NCBI GenBank assembly: GCA_963663185.1
Contig: OY760135.1
Span: 530,044 to 594,043 of the forward strand
Reading direction: 5' to 3'
Source: Dehalococcoidia bacterium
GTDB lineage: Bacteria > Chloroflexota > Dehalococcoidia > Bin125
Length of the DNA stretch: 64,000 nt
In this document: piece after piece, positions 40,768 to 51,257 of the stretch
Layout: every line of letters begins with the position of its first letter
Numbering within the stretch: the stretch's first letter is position 1
The notes under the pieces: generated by a model
The model's database searches: none
Told to the model about the DNA's origin: nothing
The model's input: only the letters and a program-made list of their open reading frames with translations
Translations under genes and position numbers: made by a program

Positions 40768-43086
40768 CTACGTCGCCCTCGCCAGGCCAGCGACCACGCC
40801 CGCATCCAACAGATCCTCAACCGCTGCCTCGCTCAACCCGAGTACTTGTTGCAGCACCTCTTGCGTATGCTCGCCTAATCGCGGCGCTGGACGTTGGCAC
40901 GATGTCGGTCGACGCCGCAACTGCCAGGCCGAGCCTTGATACTGGCGAGTCCCGCTGTCTGGATGCGTCAAGTAGCGCCACCAGCCGCGCGCCAACAGAT
41001 GTGGATCTCGCAGGTGGCTCAATGTGGTGTGTACGACCGCCGCTGCGACGCCTCGCGTCTGTAACTGATGTTGCAGCGTTTGCGCGTTCCAAGCCATCGT
41101 CCACGCGGTGATCGCCGCTTCCAACCCTGACTCGTGCGCTCGCCGACCGCTGAGCGTCCGCCATTCGGGACGATCCAGTCCGGCGAACTCAGCGAGCCGC
41201 AGCCATTCGGCGTCGCTGCGAACGGATATCGCAATCCATTCATCGCTGCCGTCAATCGCGTCGGCGCAGCGAAAACACTCGTGCGGAACCGATCCCGCCA
41301 TCCGGTTTCCGTTGCGCGGCGGCGGATCCTGACCGAGCGAGGCGGCGATCATGTACTCGTCGATATAGGCGACCGCTGACTCAAACATCGACCCCTGCAC
41401 ATGAATCGCGACCTGCTGCTGCCTGGCTCGCCAGATCGCCGCCAGCGTGGCCGCCGCCATCTGCGCGCCGATCATCGGATCGGCCTGCATGGAACCGAGC
41501 ACCATCGGCGGACCGTCTCGGTAGCCCATCAACAGATCCCAGCCGGCATTGCCTTCGGTCGTGCCGCCGTTGGCGCGAAAGTTGTCGTACGGACCACCGC
41601 TGCCGTAGCCCGAGAACGACACCAACGCAATTTGCGGATTGACCTGTCGCATCTGCTCATGTGTCAGCCGCAGATTCTCGAGCACGCGCGGGCGGAAGTT
41701 TTCCAACACGACATCCGCCCACGCGATCAGTCGCAACGCCAGATCGCGACCTGACTCCGTGTCCAACGCGATCGAGACGGCGCGCTTACCGCGATTGACC
41801 ATGTTGAAGTTGCCGCGCACGTTGAGCGGATGCGCGTCAGGCGCCGCCACTCGCAATGAGTCAGCCGGGTTGAAGCGCCAGATGTCTGGACGATCCGGCC
41901 CCTCGATCTTGATCACGTCCGCGCCCAGATCGCTCAACAGCGTCGTCGCGTACGGCCCCAACCAGGCATGCGTCAGGTCCAGGACACGCAGGCCATCAAG
42001 TGGACCGCTGGAGGTGTCGGCATCGGACACATCCGTGCTTCGGAGCGGATGCTCCGGCTGTTCGCTCGGTCTCGCCACCGTCTCGCTCACGCGCATCGCT
42101 CGGCCGGCGCCCGTTGCCGTGCGGCCAGCCACCGCTCGCGACTCCCAGAAGTCAAGCGCGGCGAGCTGCGGATCATCCAACAGCTGCTGCGGTGAGCGAT
42201 GCAGCGCCATCACGCATCCGAGCTCCGACAGGCCCGTCCAGACCTGCTCCGCATCCAGCGACTGCACGATCGGCAGTACATACTCGCGCGACGCGACGCG
42301 TTCGGCGATCCGCCCGTCGCCCGCCAGCAGCTCGTCTGGCGGCGGATCGCAGCCGAGCGCAATCGGCAGATTCTGCAGAGTGTCCTTGGACCACGGCGCC
42401 AGCGTGATCCAGTCCGTCTGAGTGGCGATCACCTCAGCCCATCCGACCGGGCCAGGATTGCGCGGGACCGCGCGGCCCGAGAACTCCGACCGCAGCGCTT
42501 CGATCAGCGTCGAGCAAGCCTCCATCGAGGACAGCTCAATCCACTCGCCGCGCCCGGACGCTTCGCGCTCCAACAGCGCCGCCAACGCCGCCACGGCTCC
42601 CAACACGCCGACCACGCGGGGCGCTATCGCCGCCGGCGCTGCTAACGGATGCCGATCTGCCAGCCCATTCGTACACGCGAATCCGCTGACCGCCTGCACG
42701 ATCAGATCATCCGCCTCGAAATCCGCATACGGACCGCTCGTCCCGAACGGGGTCACGTGTACGACCACCAGTTGCGGATGCTGATCCGCGATTCCGTCCA
42801 GGTCCGCCAGCGCAGCGTCTGCAATCAGGACATCCGCGTCATTGAGCGCGTCACGCCAGTCTCCTGACGCCAGCGTCTTGCGACGCAGCAGCGACGCTCG
42901 CAGCAGCGAGACCGTCTCGCCCGAACGCTCAAGCGTGGGAGGCGCGTCGCGCAATCGCGAGCCAGCCGGCTCGAACACCTGCACCGCGGCGCCCCAACGC
43001 GCGAACTCCAGTCCACAGGCCGCCGCTGGAACGTCAGCGCTGAGCTCGACCACCCGCAGCCCGGCGAGCAGGTCGCCGTCCGACAT
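40768..43086 (-). CDS. Double-domain CaiB/BaiF CoA-transferase
   Basis: Two tandem CoA-transferase III modules (LAGLRVVEL...; PLDGLRVLDLTHAWLGP...NRGKR...ENFRP). Confidence 0.9.
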   Translation of the reverse strand: MSDGDLLAGLRVVELSADVPAAACGLEFARWGAAVQVFEPAGSRLRDAPPTLERSGETVSLLRASLLRRKTLASGDWRDALNDADVLIADAALADLDGIADQHPQLVVVHVTPFGTSGPYADFEADDLIVQAVSGFACTNGLADRHPLAAPAAIAPRVVGVLGAVAALAALLEREASGRGEWIELSSMEACSTLIEALRSEFSGRAVPRNPGPVGWAEVIATQTDWITLAPWSKDTLQNLPIALGCDPPPDELLAGDGRIAERVASREYVLPIVQSLDAEQVWTGLSELGCVMALHRSPQQLLDDPQLAALDFWESRAVAGRTATGAGRAMRVSETVARPSEQPEHPLRSTDVSDADTSSGPLDGLRVLDLTHAWLGPYATTLLSDLGADVIKIEGPDRPDIWRFNPADSLRVAAPDAHPLNVRGNFNMVNRGKRAVSIALDTESGRDLALRLIAWADVVLENFRPRVLENLRLTHEQMRQVNPQIALVSFSGYGSGGPYDNFRANGGTTEGNAGWDLLMGYRDGPPMVLGSMQADPMIGAQMAAATLAAIWRARQQQVAIHVQGSMFESAVAYIDEYMIAASLGQDPPPRNGNRMAGSVPHECFRCADAIDGSDEWIAISVRSDAEWLRLAEFAGLDRPEWRTLSGRRAHESGLEAAITAWTMAWNAQTLQHQLQTRGVAAAVVHTTLSHLRDPHLLARGWWRYLTHPDSGTRQYQGSAWQLRRRPTSCQRPAPRLGEHTQEVLQQVLGLSEAAVEDLLDAGVVAGLARAT

Positions 43087-43090
43087 CGGC

Positions 43091-43903
43091 TTAGCTCCCG
43101 TGCGGCTTGCGCAGCTTTGCGAGCGCTCGCGCCACCGGCGACAACTGTCGCTTGCCCGACACCATGCGCGGATCGGGTTGACCGAACCGCGCGCCCGTCG
43201 CATACGTCATGAAGCTGGCATTGATGTGGGTCGTAAAACCCTGGCTGTCCTGCATGTTGTTGATCGAGTGCTTAATCTGCCGCAGCGCCATCGGCGAGTG
43301 CTCCGCCACCTCGCGCGCATATGCCAACGTGTAGCGCTCCAGCGCCTCCGCTGGATAGACGCGATTGACGAAGCCCAGTTCCATCGCCTCGCGAGCCGGG
43401 ACAAATCGATTCTGAAATAGAATCTCCTTCGCCTTGCGGACGCCGATGTCCCACGGCGCGGAGAAGTACTGTGTATGCGACGGCAGGAACAGTGCGTCGT
43501 CGGAGGCGAAGATCAGATCCATTGAGGCCGCGACCATCCAGCCGCCGAAGATGCACTTGCCCTGCACCATCGCGATCGTCGGCTTCGGCAGATTGCGCCA
43601 ACGCATCGTGTTCGTAATCCGCGTGTCGCGCTGCCGATCAAACACACCGACCAAGTCATCAGCCCAACCGCGAATCTCGCGGTCCGCCAACTCGGACGGC
43701 GAGCCCAGGTCATGTCCGGCCGAGAAATCCGGTCCATTGCCCGACAGCACCACCACCATCACCTCTGGATCAGCCGCCGCTTCCGCAAAGGCGTCATCGA
43801 TCTCTTCCAGCAAGACGCGCGATTGCGCATTGCGATACTCCGGCCGATTCATGATCACCCGCGCCACCGCGCCGGGCTCGTAGATGATCTCGTGATACGT
43901 CAT
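43091..43903 (-). CDS. Enoyl-CoA hydratase family protein (tandem paralogue A)
   Basis: NRPEYRNAQ, FSAGHDL, PKPTIAMVQG. Confidence 0.92.
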   Translation of the reverse strand: MTYHEIIYEPGAVARVIMNRPEYRNAQSRVLLEEIDDAFAEAAADPEVMVVVLSGNGPDFSAGHDLGSPSELADREIRGWADDLVGVFDRQRDTRITNTMRWRNLPKPTIAMVQGKCIFGGWMVAASMDLIFASDDALFLPSHTQYFSAPWDIGVRKAKEILFQNRFVPAREAMELGFVNRVYPAEALERYTLAYAREVAEHSPMALRQIKHSINNMQDSQGFTTHINASFMTYATGARFGQPDPRMVSGKRQLSPVARALAKLRKPHGS

Positions 43904-44018
43904 ACTCGGACTCCCATGCGATTGCGATGCGTACGGATCGCGGATTCAGCCGCGAGCTGAGCGAGCAACAATCGGAGGCTACCAGCGACCGGCTCGTGTC
44001 CCGCTCGCGACCCGTCAG

Positions 44019-44831
44019 CTACGACTTTGGCGGTCGTTGCAGCTTCGCCAACGCCGTCGCGACCGGTGACAGCTGACGCTTCCCGCTCACCCGACGCGGA
44101 TCTGGCCGGTCCAGCTTTGCGCCTGCCACGTAGGTCATAAAGCTCGCGTTGATGTGCGACGTAAAGCCCTGCGCGTCCTGCATGTTGTTGACCGAATGCT
44201 TGATCTGTCGCAACGCCAGCGGTGAATGCTCTGCGACCTCTTCGGCGTAGGCGAGCGTCGCCTGCTCGAGCTGATCGCGCGGATGCACCTGATTGACGAA
44301 GCCCAGTTCGAGCGCCTCCTGCGCCGGGATGAACCGATTCTGATACAGAATCTCCTTCGCCTTGCGCGCGCCGAGGTCCCACGGCGCCGAGAAGTACTGC
44401 AAATGCGACGGCAGAAACAGGGCGTCGTCCGCCGCGAAGATAATGTCCATCGCCGCCGCGACCTTGTAACCGCCAAAGATGCACTTGCCATGCACCATCG
44501 CGATCGTCGGCTTCGGCAGGTTGCGCCAACGCAAGGTGAACTTCAGCTTGTTGTCTCGCTCGCGGTCCAGCGCGCCGACGAAATCTGTCGCATAGCCGCG
44601 CGCTTCCCGATCAGCCAGCTCCGCCGGCGACCCGAGGTCGTGTCCACCCGAGAAATCCGGTCCGTTGCCCGATAGCACCACCACCTGTACCTGCGGATCG
44701 GCGCCAGCCTCGGCGAACGCCGCGTCCAACTCCTCCAGCAGCACCCGCGACTGCGCGTTGCGATACTCCGGTCGATTCATGATCACCCGAGCGACCACGC
44801 CTGGTTCATAGACCACCTGCTGATACGACAT
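44019..44831 (-). CDS. Enoyl-CoA hydratase family protein (tandem paralogue B)
   Basis: Same length (270 aa) and highly similar to 43091-43903. Confidence 0.92.
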   Translation of the reverse strand: MSYQQVVYEPGVVARVIMNRPEYRNAQSRVLLEELDAAFAEAGADPQVQVVVLSGNGPDFSGGHDLGSPAELADREARGYATDFVGALDRERDNKLKFTLRWRNLPKPTIAMVHGKCIFGGYKVAAAMDIIFAADDALFLPSHLQYFSAPWDLGARKAKEILYQNRFIPAQEALELGFVNQVHPRDQLEQATLAYAEEVAEHSPLALRQIKHSVNNMQDAQGFTSHINASFMTYVAGAKLDRPDPRRVSGKRQLSPVATALAKLQRPPKS

Positions 44832-45028
44832 GCGGAATCCTCCCTCGATACGGCTCGCTCAGAGGCTACCAGCGCGCCGCCTCGGCTCGCGCTCAAACAG
44901 TGCTCAAGCCGCTCCCGATCCAGGCGGACAGACGTCAGTGGACCGTCAGTCAACCGCCGGACAGCCCTCACTGCGGCCAGTAACTGCAGGTAGCATGAGT
45001 CCATCGCGCGGGTACGAGGGAGCAGCCG

Positions 45029-45649
45029 ATGTTCACAGGCATCATTGAGGAAGTCGGCGAGATCGCTGAAGCCGATGCGGGCCTGCTGCGCATCGCCGCG
45101 CCTCACATCCTCGTTGATGCCGGACTCGGCGACAGCATCGCCATCAACGGCGTCGACCTCACCGTGACGCATATCGAAGACGGCCAGTTCCTCGCCAATC
45201 TGATGCCGGAGACCTACCGACGCTCCAATCTTGGCAACCTGCAGGTCGGAGACCGCGTCAACCTGGAGCGCTCCGTGCGACCGATGGACCGACTCTCCGG
45301 ACACATCGTGCGCGGCGTGGTTGAAGGACGCGGCGCCTTCCGCAGCTCGCGAGCGGAAGCCGATGCGATCGTCGTGTACTACGACGCGCCTGCGGATCTG
45401 CTGAGCCACATGATCGTCAAAGGGCCCGTCTGCATCGACGGCGCCTCGCTGACCATCATCGACAAGGACGACGCCGGCTTCGCCGTCTCGCTCGTGCAAT
45501 ACACTCAGGAACACACCAACCTCCTGGACCGACAGCCGGGCGACGCGGTGAACCTGGAGACGGACATCCTCGCCCGATACATTGACGAGCTGCTCAGCGC
45601 CAAGATTGATCAGCTCCTGGACGAGCGATTGGGGGCACGCGATGCCTGA
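45029..45649 (+). CDS. ribE: Riboflavin synthase
   Basis: MFTGIIEE, GDSIAINGV, VNLER, GHIV.G, VNLETD. Confidence 0.96.
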   Translation: MFTGIIEEVGEIAEADAGLLRIAAPHILVDAGLGDSIAINGVDLTVTHIEDGQFLANLMPETYRRSNLGNLQVGDRVNLERSVRPMDRLSGHIVRGVVEGRGAFRSSRAEADAIVVYYDAPADLLSHMIVKGPVCIDGASLTIIDKDDAGFAVSLVQYTQEHTNLLDRQPGDAVNLETDILARYIDELLSAKIDQLLDERLGARDA

Positions 45650-46994
45650 GGAATCCACTGAGACGACAGCCAAGCCGCGGCGAGCTCGCCGCCGCACGAC
45701 TCAGAATCCACAGTCCCGTCGATCGCCATTCTGCAGCGTCGAAGAAGCGATCGAAGCCTTCGCCAACGGCGAACCACTGATCATCACTGATGACGAAGAC
45801 CGCGAGAATGAGGGCGATCTCGCCCTGCCAGCTCAGTTCGTCACCTCCGAGACGATCAACTTCATGGCTACCCATGGCCGCGGGCTCATCTGCATCGCCA
45901 TGGACGGCAGCCGACTCGACCGACTCGGTCTGCGCCTGATGGTCGATCAAGGTTCCAACACCGCTCCGCTCGGCACCGCATTTACCGTCTCGGTCGAGGC
46001 TCGCTCCGGCGTCAGCACCGGCATCTCCGCGCCTGACCGCGCCCGCACCGTCCAGGTGCTCATGGACCCCAATGCCACTTCGGACGATCTCGTCCGACCC
46101 GGGCACATGTTCCCGTTGCGTGCGCGCGACGGCGGCGTGCTCGTCCGCGCCGGTCAGACGGAAGCCTCCGTTGACCTCTGTCGCCTCGCCGGACTACAGC
46201 CCGGCGCCGTGATCTGCGAGGTCATGAAGCGCGACGGCGACATGGCCCGCCTGCCCGACCTGATTCGCTTCGCCAAGCGACACAGCCTCAAAATCGTCTC
46301 CGTCGAGCAGATCATTCAATACCGACTGCGCACCGAGCAGCTCGTCGAGCGGGTCTCGGAGGCCAAGCTGCCCACCCCAATGGGTACCTGGCGACTGATC
46401 GGCTTCCGCACCAAGGACAAGTCTGAAGAGCACGTCGCCCTGGTCATGGGCAACGTCGGCGGCGACGAAGCCACTCTCGTTCGCGTCCATTCACAATGTC
46501 TGACCGGCGATGTCTTTCAATCACAACGCTGCGACTGCGGTGAACAGCTCGACATCGCGATGCGACGCGTCGCTGAAGAGCGGCGCGGCGTGATCGTCTA
46601 TATGGCGCAGGAAGGTCGCGGAATCGGTCTGCACAACAAGATCGCCGCCTACGCGCTTCAGGATCAAGGCATGGACACGGTCGAAGCAAACCTCGCGCTC
46701 GGTTTCGCAGCCGACCGCCGAGACTACGGCATCGGCATGCAGATTCTGCGCGACCTCGGCATCAGCCGCATCCGACTCATGACCAATAACCCCTCCAAGC
46801 GGCACGGTCTCGCCGGTTACGGCCTCGAGATCGTCGAACGTGTCCCGGTGATCGCTTCGACCAACCCGCACAACGTCCGCTATCTCTCGATCAAGCAGGA
46901 GAAGATGGGCCACCTACTCGACTCCGACGCGATCGATGCGACCGATCCGATCGATGACGGCCAGCCACCCAAGCGCCGCGCCGCCATCGGCTAG
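45642..46994 (+). CDS. ribBA: DHBP synthase / GTP cyclohydrolase II
   Basis: DDEDRENEGD, RPGHMFPL, RVHSQCLTGD, RCDCGEQL, QEGRGIGL. Confidence 0.97.
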   Translation: MPEESTETTAKPRRARRRTTQNPQSRRSPFCSVEEAIEAFANGEPLIITDDEDRENEGDLALPAQFVTSETINFMATHGRGLICIAMDGSRLDRLGLRLMVDQGSNTAPLGTAFTVSVEARSGVSTGISAPDRARTVQVLMDPNATSDDLVRPGHMFPLRARDGGVLVRAGQTEASVDLCRLAGLQPGAVICEVMKRDGDMARLPDLIRFAKRHSLKIVSVEQIIQYRLRTEQLVERVSEAKLPTPMGTWRLIGFRTKDKSEEHVALVMGNVGGDEATLVRVHSQCLTGDVFQSQRCDCGEQLDIAMRRVAEERRGVIVYMAQEGRGIGLHNKIAAYALQDQGMDTVEANLALGFAADRRDYGIGMQILRDLGISRIRLMTNNPSKRHGLAGYGLEIVERVPVIASTNPHNVRYLSIKQEKMGHLLDSDAIDATDPIDDGQPPKRRAAIG

Positions 46995-47070
46995 TTGAAA
47001 CCGCCCAAGACCGCCCAAGACCGCACAGAGACCCGCAGAGACAACACAGAGACAGAGAACCGGCTGCAAG

Positions 47071-47559
47071 ATGGCCAATGTCCACGACGGCGCCGCCAAC
47101 CCGAATCCAGAGCTCGGACCCGCCAGCGGCCTCCGCTTCGCCGTCATCGTGAGCCGATTTAACGACTTTGTCACCGCCAAGCTGCTGGACGGTTGCATCG
47201 ACCACCTCGAGGCGAACGGCGCCGACTCAGACCAGATCGACATCTACTGGGTACCAGGCGCCTTCGAGATTCCGATCGCCGCCCAACGCTGCGCGCGAAC
47301 CGGTCGCTTCGACGCGGTGATCTGCCTCGGCGCGGTGATCGAGGGTGAGACGGACCATTATCGGCTCGTGGTTGACGGCGCGATGCAGGGCATCGCCCGA
47401 GTCGGCCTGGACACTGGCGTCCCTGTCATCTTCGAAGTGTTGGCGACCTCATCGGTGGGACTCGCAGTCGCGAGAGCCGGCGGGTCAGCCGGCAACAAGG
47501 GCGAAGAAGCCGCCCAAGCCGCCATCGAGATCTCCCGCCTCCTCCAGGCCATCGACTAG
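47071..47559 (+). CDS. ribH: 6,7-dimethyl-8-ribityllumazine synthase
   Basis: SRFN, VPGAFEIP, LGAVIEGETDH, GNKG.EAA. Confidence 0.96.
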   Translation: MANVHDGAANPNPELGPASGLRFAVIVSRFNDFVTAKLLDGCIDHLEANGADSDQIDIYWVPGAFEIPIAAQRCARTGRFDAVICLGAVIEGETDHYRLVVDGAMQGIARVGLDTGVPVIFEVLATSSVGLAVARAGGSAGNKGEEAAQAAIEISRLLQAID

Positions 47560-47625
47560 AGCGCATTGACATGAGGGCCGGGAGGACGAGCGGGAGTTTC
47601 ACCGGGTTGCCGATGGCGAGACGGA

Positions 47626-47664
47626 CCCCCTCAGCCTTCGGCAGCTCCTCCTGCAAGGGGGAGC
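47626..47664. repeat. REP-like palindromic element
   Basis: CCCCCTCAG..TTCG..CA-GCTCCTCCT-gca-AGGGGGAGC hairpin between convergent genes. Confidence 0.5.
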
Positions 47665-47848
47665 GGGGGATAAGGATGCGCTTGGCCCGGGCCTCTGCGC
47701 AAAGCCGAGGCGATCCTGCTAGTACGGTCCGCGACTTCGACCAACCAGCCAGGCGCCAAGCTGCGCACGGCTCGTAACGGTTTGCGCTCGTCGGCATCTC
47801 TCGAACTCGTTGCGACGACCTGCCAGCTATCGGCCATTGATCCGCCCG

Positions 47849-48937
47849 TCATCCGAATGTGTTGGACCGGCTGCGGAAGTTGTCGATGCCCAGACTGTCC
47901 CGCCACTTCTCCGACTCTCGACGCGAGAAGGAATCCAGCGGAATGCCGCAGCCGTCGGCGATCCTGACCATGCGCTGGAAATTGGCGATCGTGGCCGCGC
48001 AGTCCACGACGGCGTCGGCGCCCATCGCGTTGTTCAACGCTGCCCGAGCTGACGCAAGGTCGTCGCTGCGACCAACAGACGCGTTGCAGTATCGGAGCAG
48101 CATCTCGCCATACTCAACGCCGCTATCGACCTCGTTGCGAACCGTGCCATCCAGATTGAGCGCGGCGTTGCCTTCGCTGCTCCGACCGAGCAGCATCACG
48201 TGTGAAATCGTTCAATAGAAGCACTCGTTGAGAGCTGACACTCTGGCCGCGACCAACTCGCGCTGCGGGCGGGTCAGCACGCGGAACGACTCTTGCTCGC
48301 CGCCGATCTCGACCCAGCTCAAATAGTGCGCGTCGAACAGATCGCTGAGCCAGCGCACGCTGTCGGGGTGCAGACTCATCGCCTCGCGCACGTTGGCCGC
48401 CCCAGACTGACCGTCGTAGATGTCCGCCTCCGACTCGGCCAGATCCTCAGCAGCGAGCGTCGGCGGCCAACTGCCGTGATCGGCGAGACCGACAGGTCGG
48501 CGTTGCGTCGGCGCGCCCGCGATTGGGTCGGGCAGCGGCTCCAGCTCCAGGCTGAGCGCGCGATGAAACTCGTCCACCGACCAGATGTGCGCCACGACGC
48601 CCAACAGCTCGATGTAGCGCGCGTCGGACATTCCCTCTGCCCGGATCGTCTGCTCGTACCAGTCACGTGAGACGTTGGGCAGATCGCCGACCAGTTTGTG
48701 TACGGCGAAGGTCGCCGCCTCTGGCAGGCTGACCGGGCCTGGGCCAGGATCAGGCGAGCCGTCAACGAGCGCCGAGGCGCGTCGACTCTCCGCGGCGATG
48801 CTGATCCGCTCCGCGCCGCTCCACCATTCGCCAGGCGCGGCCAGACGCTCCCAGCTGCGGATGTGAGCCTCCCGAATGCGCTCAAGGATCGGCCAGTTCG
48901 CCTGGCGATAGGCGAATGGTGCGGTGGTGGTGGTCAT
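47849..48937 (-). CDS. AhpD/CMD-like alkylhydroperoxidase-related selenoprotein A (in-frame UGA at 48214-48212)
   Basis: ORFs 48212-48949 and 47849-48199 share a frame; read-through gives ELVAARVSALNECFY-U-TISH (CxxUxxxH); SECIS-like hairpin follows. Confidence 0.85.
48176..48194 (-). promoter_or_regulatory. Candidate bacterial SECIS element A
   Basis: GCUGCUC-GGUCG-GAGCAGC; loop begins 24 nt after UGA, G first in loop. Confidence 0.75.
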
Positions 48938-48985
48938 GTCCGACTCCAATGCTTTGGCCCGGTTGGGGGGTTAGGGACGCTCGAT

Positions 48986-50044
48986 CTAGACCGTGTTCGC
49001 AGCTGAGGCAAACTCGTGCAAACCCAGTTCTTCGCGCCAGTCTTCGCTGGCTCGCTTCGTGAAATCATCCAGCGGGATTCCGCAGCCGTCCGCGATCCTG
49101 ACCATGCGCTGGAAGTTGGCTACGACGCCGGCAGCGTCGACCAGTTGCTGCGCGCCCAACTCGTCCTGGATCTGTTCACGCAATCCAGCGAGCGCGTCGG
49201 TTTGCCGGACGGCTGCTTCCGCGAATGCGGTCAGTAAGCCGCCATGCGGGACGCCGCTGTCCGACTCGGGATTGACCGCGCCGTGCATGTCGAGGCTGTC
49301 GAGCGTGCCGTTTTGATCGCTGCTCTCACGGAGCATGCGCACGTGCGACGTCGTTCAATAGAAGCACTCGTTGAGCACCGAAACGCGCGCCGCGATCAGC
49401 TCGATCTGCGGTCGTGAAATCGCACGCAGCGGATCGGGCATACGCATCTCCGCGAAGGAGAGATAGTGACCCTCAGAGAGGTCGTGGAGCCAGCGCACGT
49501 TTTCAGGAATCAGCGAGAGCGCCGAAATGACATTGGCGCCCCACTCCAACGGACCGTAGAACTTCGCGTCGCCTGGCTGGAGACCATCACGCGGCACGAT
49601 CGGCGGCCAGGAGTCACGCTGCTCCGCCTTGGCCGGACGCTGACCGGTCGGCTCGCCGGGCAGCGGCAAGGGCAGCGGTTCCAGATCGAGGCCGAGCGCA
49701 CGGTGAAACTCGTCGATCGACAGTGCATGTACGACCACCGCGACCAGCTCGACGTAGCGATCTTCCGACAGGCCGTCAGCGGCGATCACGTCCTCATACC
49801 ACTCGCGATTCAGGTTGGCGTTGTCGACGACCAGCTTCTGAATCGCGTAGACGGCTGACTTGGGCAGGATATCGCTGCCAACCGCCTCGAACGATCGCGC
49901 GGCGCGTCCAACCCTGGCAATCTCAATTCGCTCCTGACCGTTCCACCAGCGACCGGCTCGCGCGATCCGATCCCAGCTGTCGCGGTGCGACGAGATAGTG
50001 GCTGCGCGAATCGGCAAGTCCGTATGCACGTACTCAAATGCCAT
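48986..50044 (-). CDS. AhpD/CMD-like alkylhydroperoxidase-related selenoprotein B (in-frame UGA at 49357-49355)
   Basis: ORFs 49355-50053 and 48986-49342 share a frame; ELIAARVSVLNECFY-U-TTSH. Confidence 0.85.
49318..49339 (-). promoter_or_regulatory. Candidate bacterial SECIS element B
   Basis: CGC-A-UGCUC-CGUGA-GAGCA-GCG; loop begins 24 nt after UGA, G second in loop. Confidence 0.7.
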
Positions 50045-50137
50045 GACGACCACTCCTGTGCTTCACTGTGTTTCAACACCGACCTGCACACGGTCAGCCC
50101 GAATTGAGAGTAGCTGCTCGCGACCCCGTTGGCCCCA

Positions 50138-50974
50138 TCAGCGCGGCGCGTCCGCAGACAGATTCGAGATCGCCGCCAGCTTCCACTCGCCCTCGCGGCG
50201 CACGGCCAGCACAATGGCGTGGCCGGCTTGACCGCCATAATCGACATCGATCGCGACGTTGGCGCCCAACGCGCCGCAGTTGACGATCCTCGCCGAACCG
50301 GCAATCGCGCCGCCGCCCGCCGGCGGACGCATGGTCTCCAGGAACTCGTCCCGCGACTCTGCCCGCGTCAGCTCTCCCACGCCGACCACGGTGTACGGAA
50401 ACACGTGCATCCGCGACCAGGCATCCCAGTCGCCGGCATTGAGCAGCGACATCGAACGCTCGGCGGCCTCCAGCGCGCCTGCCGCCGACGCCGAAGTGTC
50501 AGCACCGCGTGACCAGCTGTCGACCCCGAACCTCGCCTGAATCCCCCATCCCTCAGCTGTGCGAGTCATCACGTACAGCACCCGATTCGACACAATCTCC
50601 GAGTCGTCCGCGCGATGCCGTGTCCAACCCCCGGCTAGATGCGCCTTGTTTGCCGCCCTGCCTGCCGCCTTGTCTGCCGACTTGCCTGCCGACCAGTGCG
50701 CCAATCGCGGCGTAATCCCTTGCGTCCGCACCCAACCTGTCGCTTCAAATCGCTCCCAGCCGGCCTCGGTCGCGCCTGCGGCATAGTCGGCCGCAGTCGG
50801 ATAGACCCGTGACGCCGTGCGCGGATCGATTTGACCGCGTTCACCCGACGCGATCGCCGCCGAGACGCGCACGTGCGGATACGACATCGCGCCCGCCCAG
50901 CCTGCGGCGTCCCTGGCGTTGAAGCGTTCGAAGAACGACCAGTATGCATCGCTCGGCTGTTGATGAGCACCCAT
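50138..50974 (-). CDS. Hypothetical protein with two NTF2/SnoaL-like halves
   Basis: FNARDAAGW...YPHVRV repeated as LNAGDWDAW...FPYTVV. Confidence 0.6.
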   Translation of the reverse strand: MGAHQQPSDAYWSFFERFNARDAAGWAGAMSYPHVRVSAAIASGERGQIDPRTASRVYPTAADYAAGATEAGWERFEATGWVRTQGITPRLAHWSAGKSADKAAGRAANKAHLAGGWTRHRADDSEIVSNRVLYVMTRTAEGWGIQARFGVDSWSRGADTSASAAGALEAAERSMSLLNAGDWDAWSRMHVFPYTVVGVGELTRAESRDEFLETMRPPAGGGAIAGSARIVNCGALGANVAIDVDYGGQAGHAIVLAVRREGEWKLAAISNLSADAPR

Positions 50975-51257
50975 GTCGCAGATCCGTTCCGTCCTCGGAA
51001 GAGCCAGCGGCCTGGTCCACTAGCTGGTCCACTAGCTGGCCCGCTACCATCGCACCCTACATCCCGACGGCTCACTCAAGCGGGAAGACAGGCCGATCTC
51101 AGCCGCTAAGCGGGATCCCACGCGATCAGACCGGCGGCATTCGCTTGCAGCCCAAGGGATGGCGCCTGGGGGGATGGCGGCGGCGAGAGTTGGATCTCGG
51201 AGCCAACCGGGCGCGACAGGAACGCCCTCCCATGGCTACCGATCTGCGTCCGGAGTG

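Noticed and set aside
44832-45028. FMN riboswitch upstream of ribE-ribBA-ribH
   Set aside because: The conserved FMN aptamer words (GGGGTGAAATTCCC..., AGTCCGGATG) are not visible.
47849-50053. Four separate genes or two nonsense pseudogenes
   Set aside because: The same in-frame TGA at the catalytic Cys position in two diverged paralogues, plus positional hairpins, argues for Sec read-through.
51000-51257. Structured ncRNA in a ~250-bp spacer
   Set aside because: No recognisable tRNA, SRP, RNase P, tmRNA or 6S signature by eye; needs a covariance-model search.
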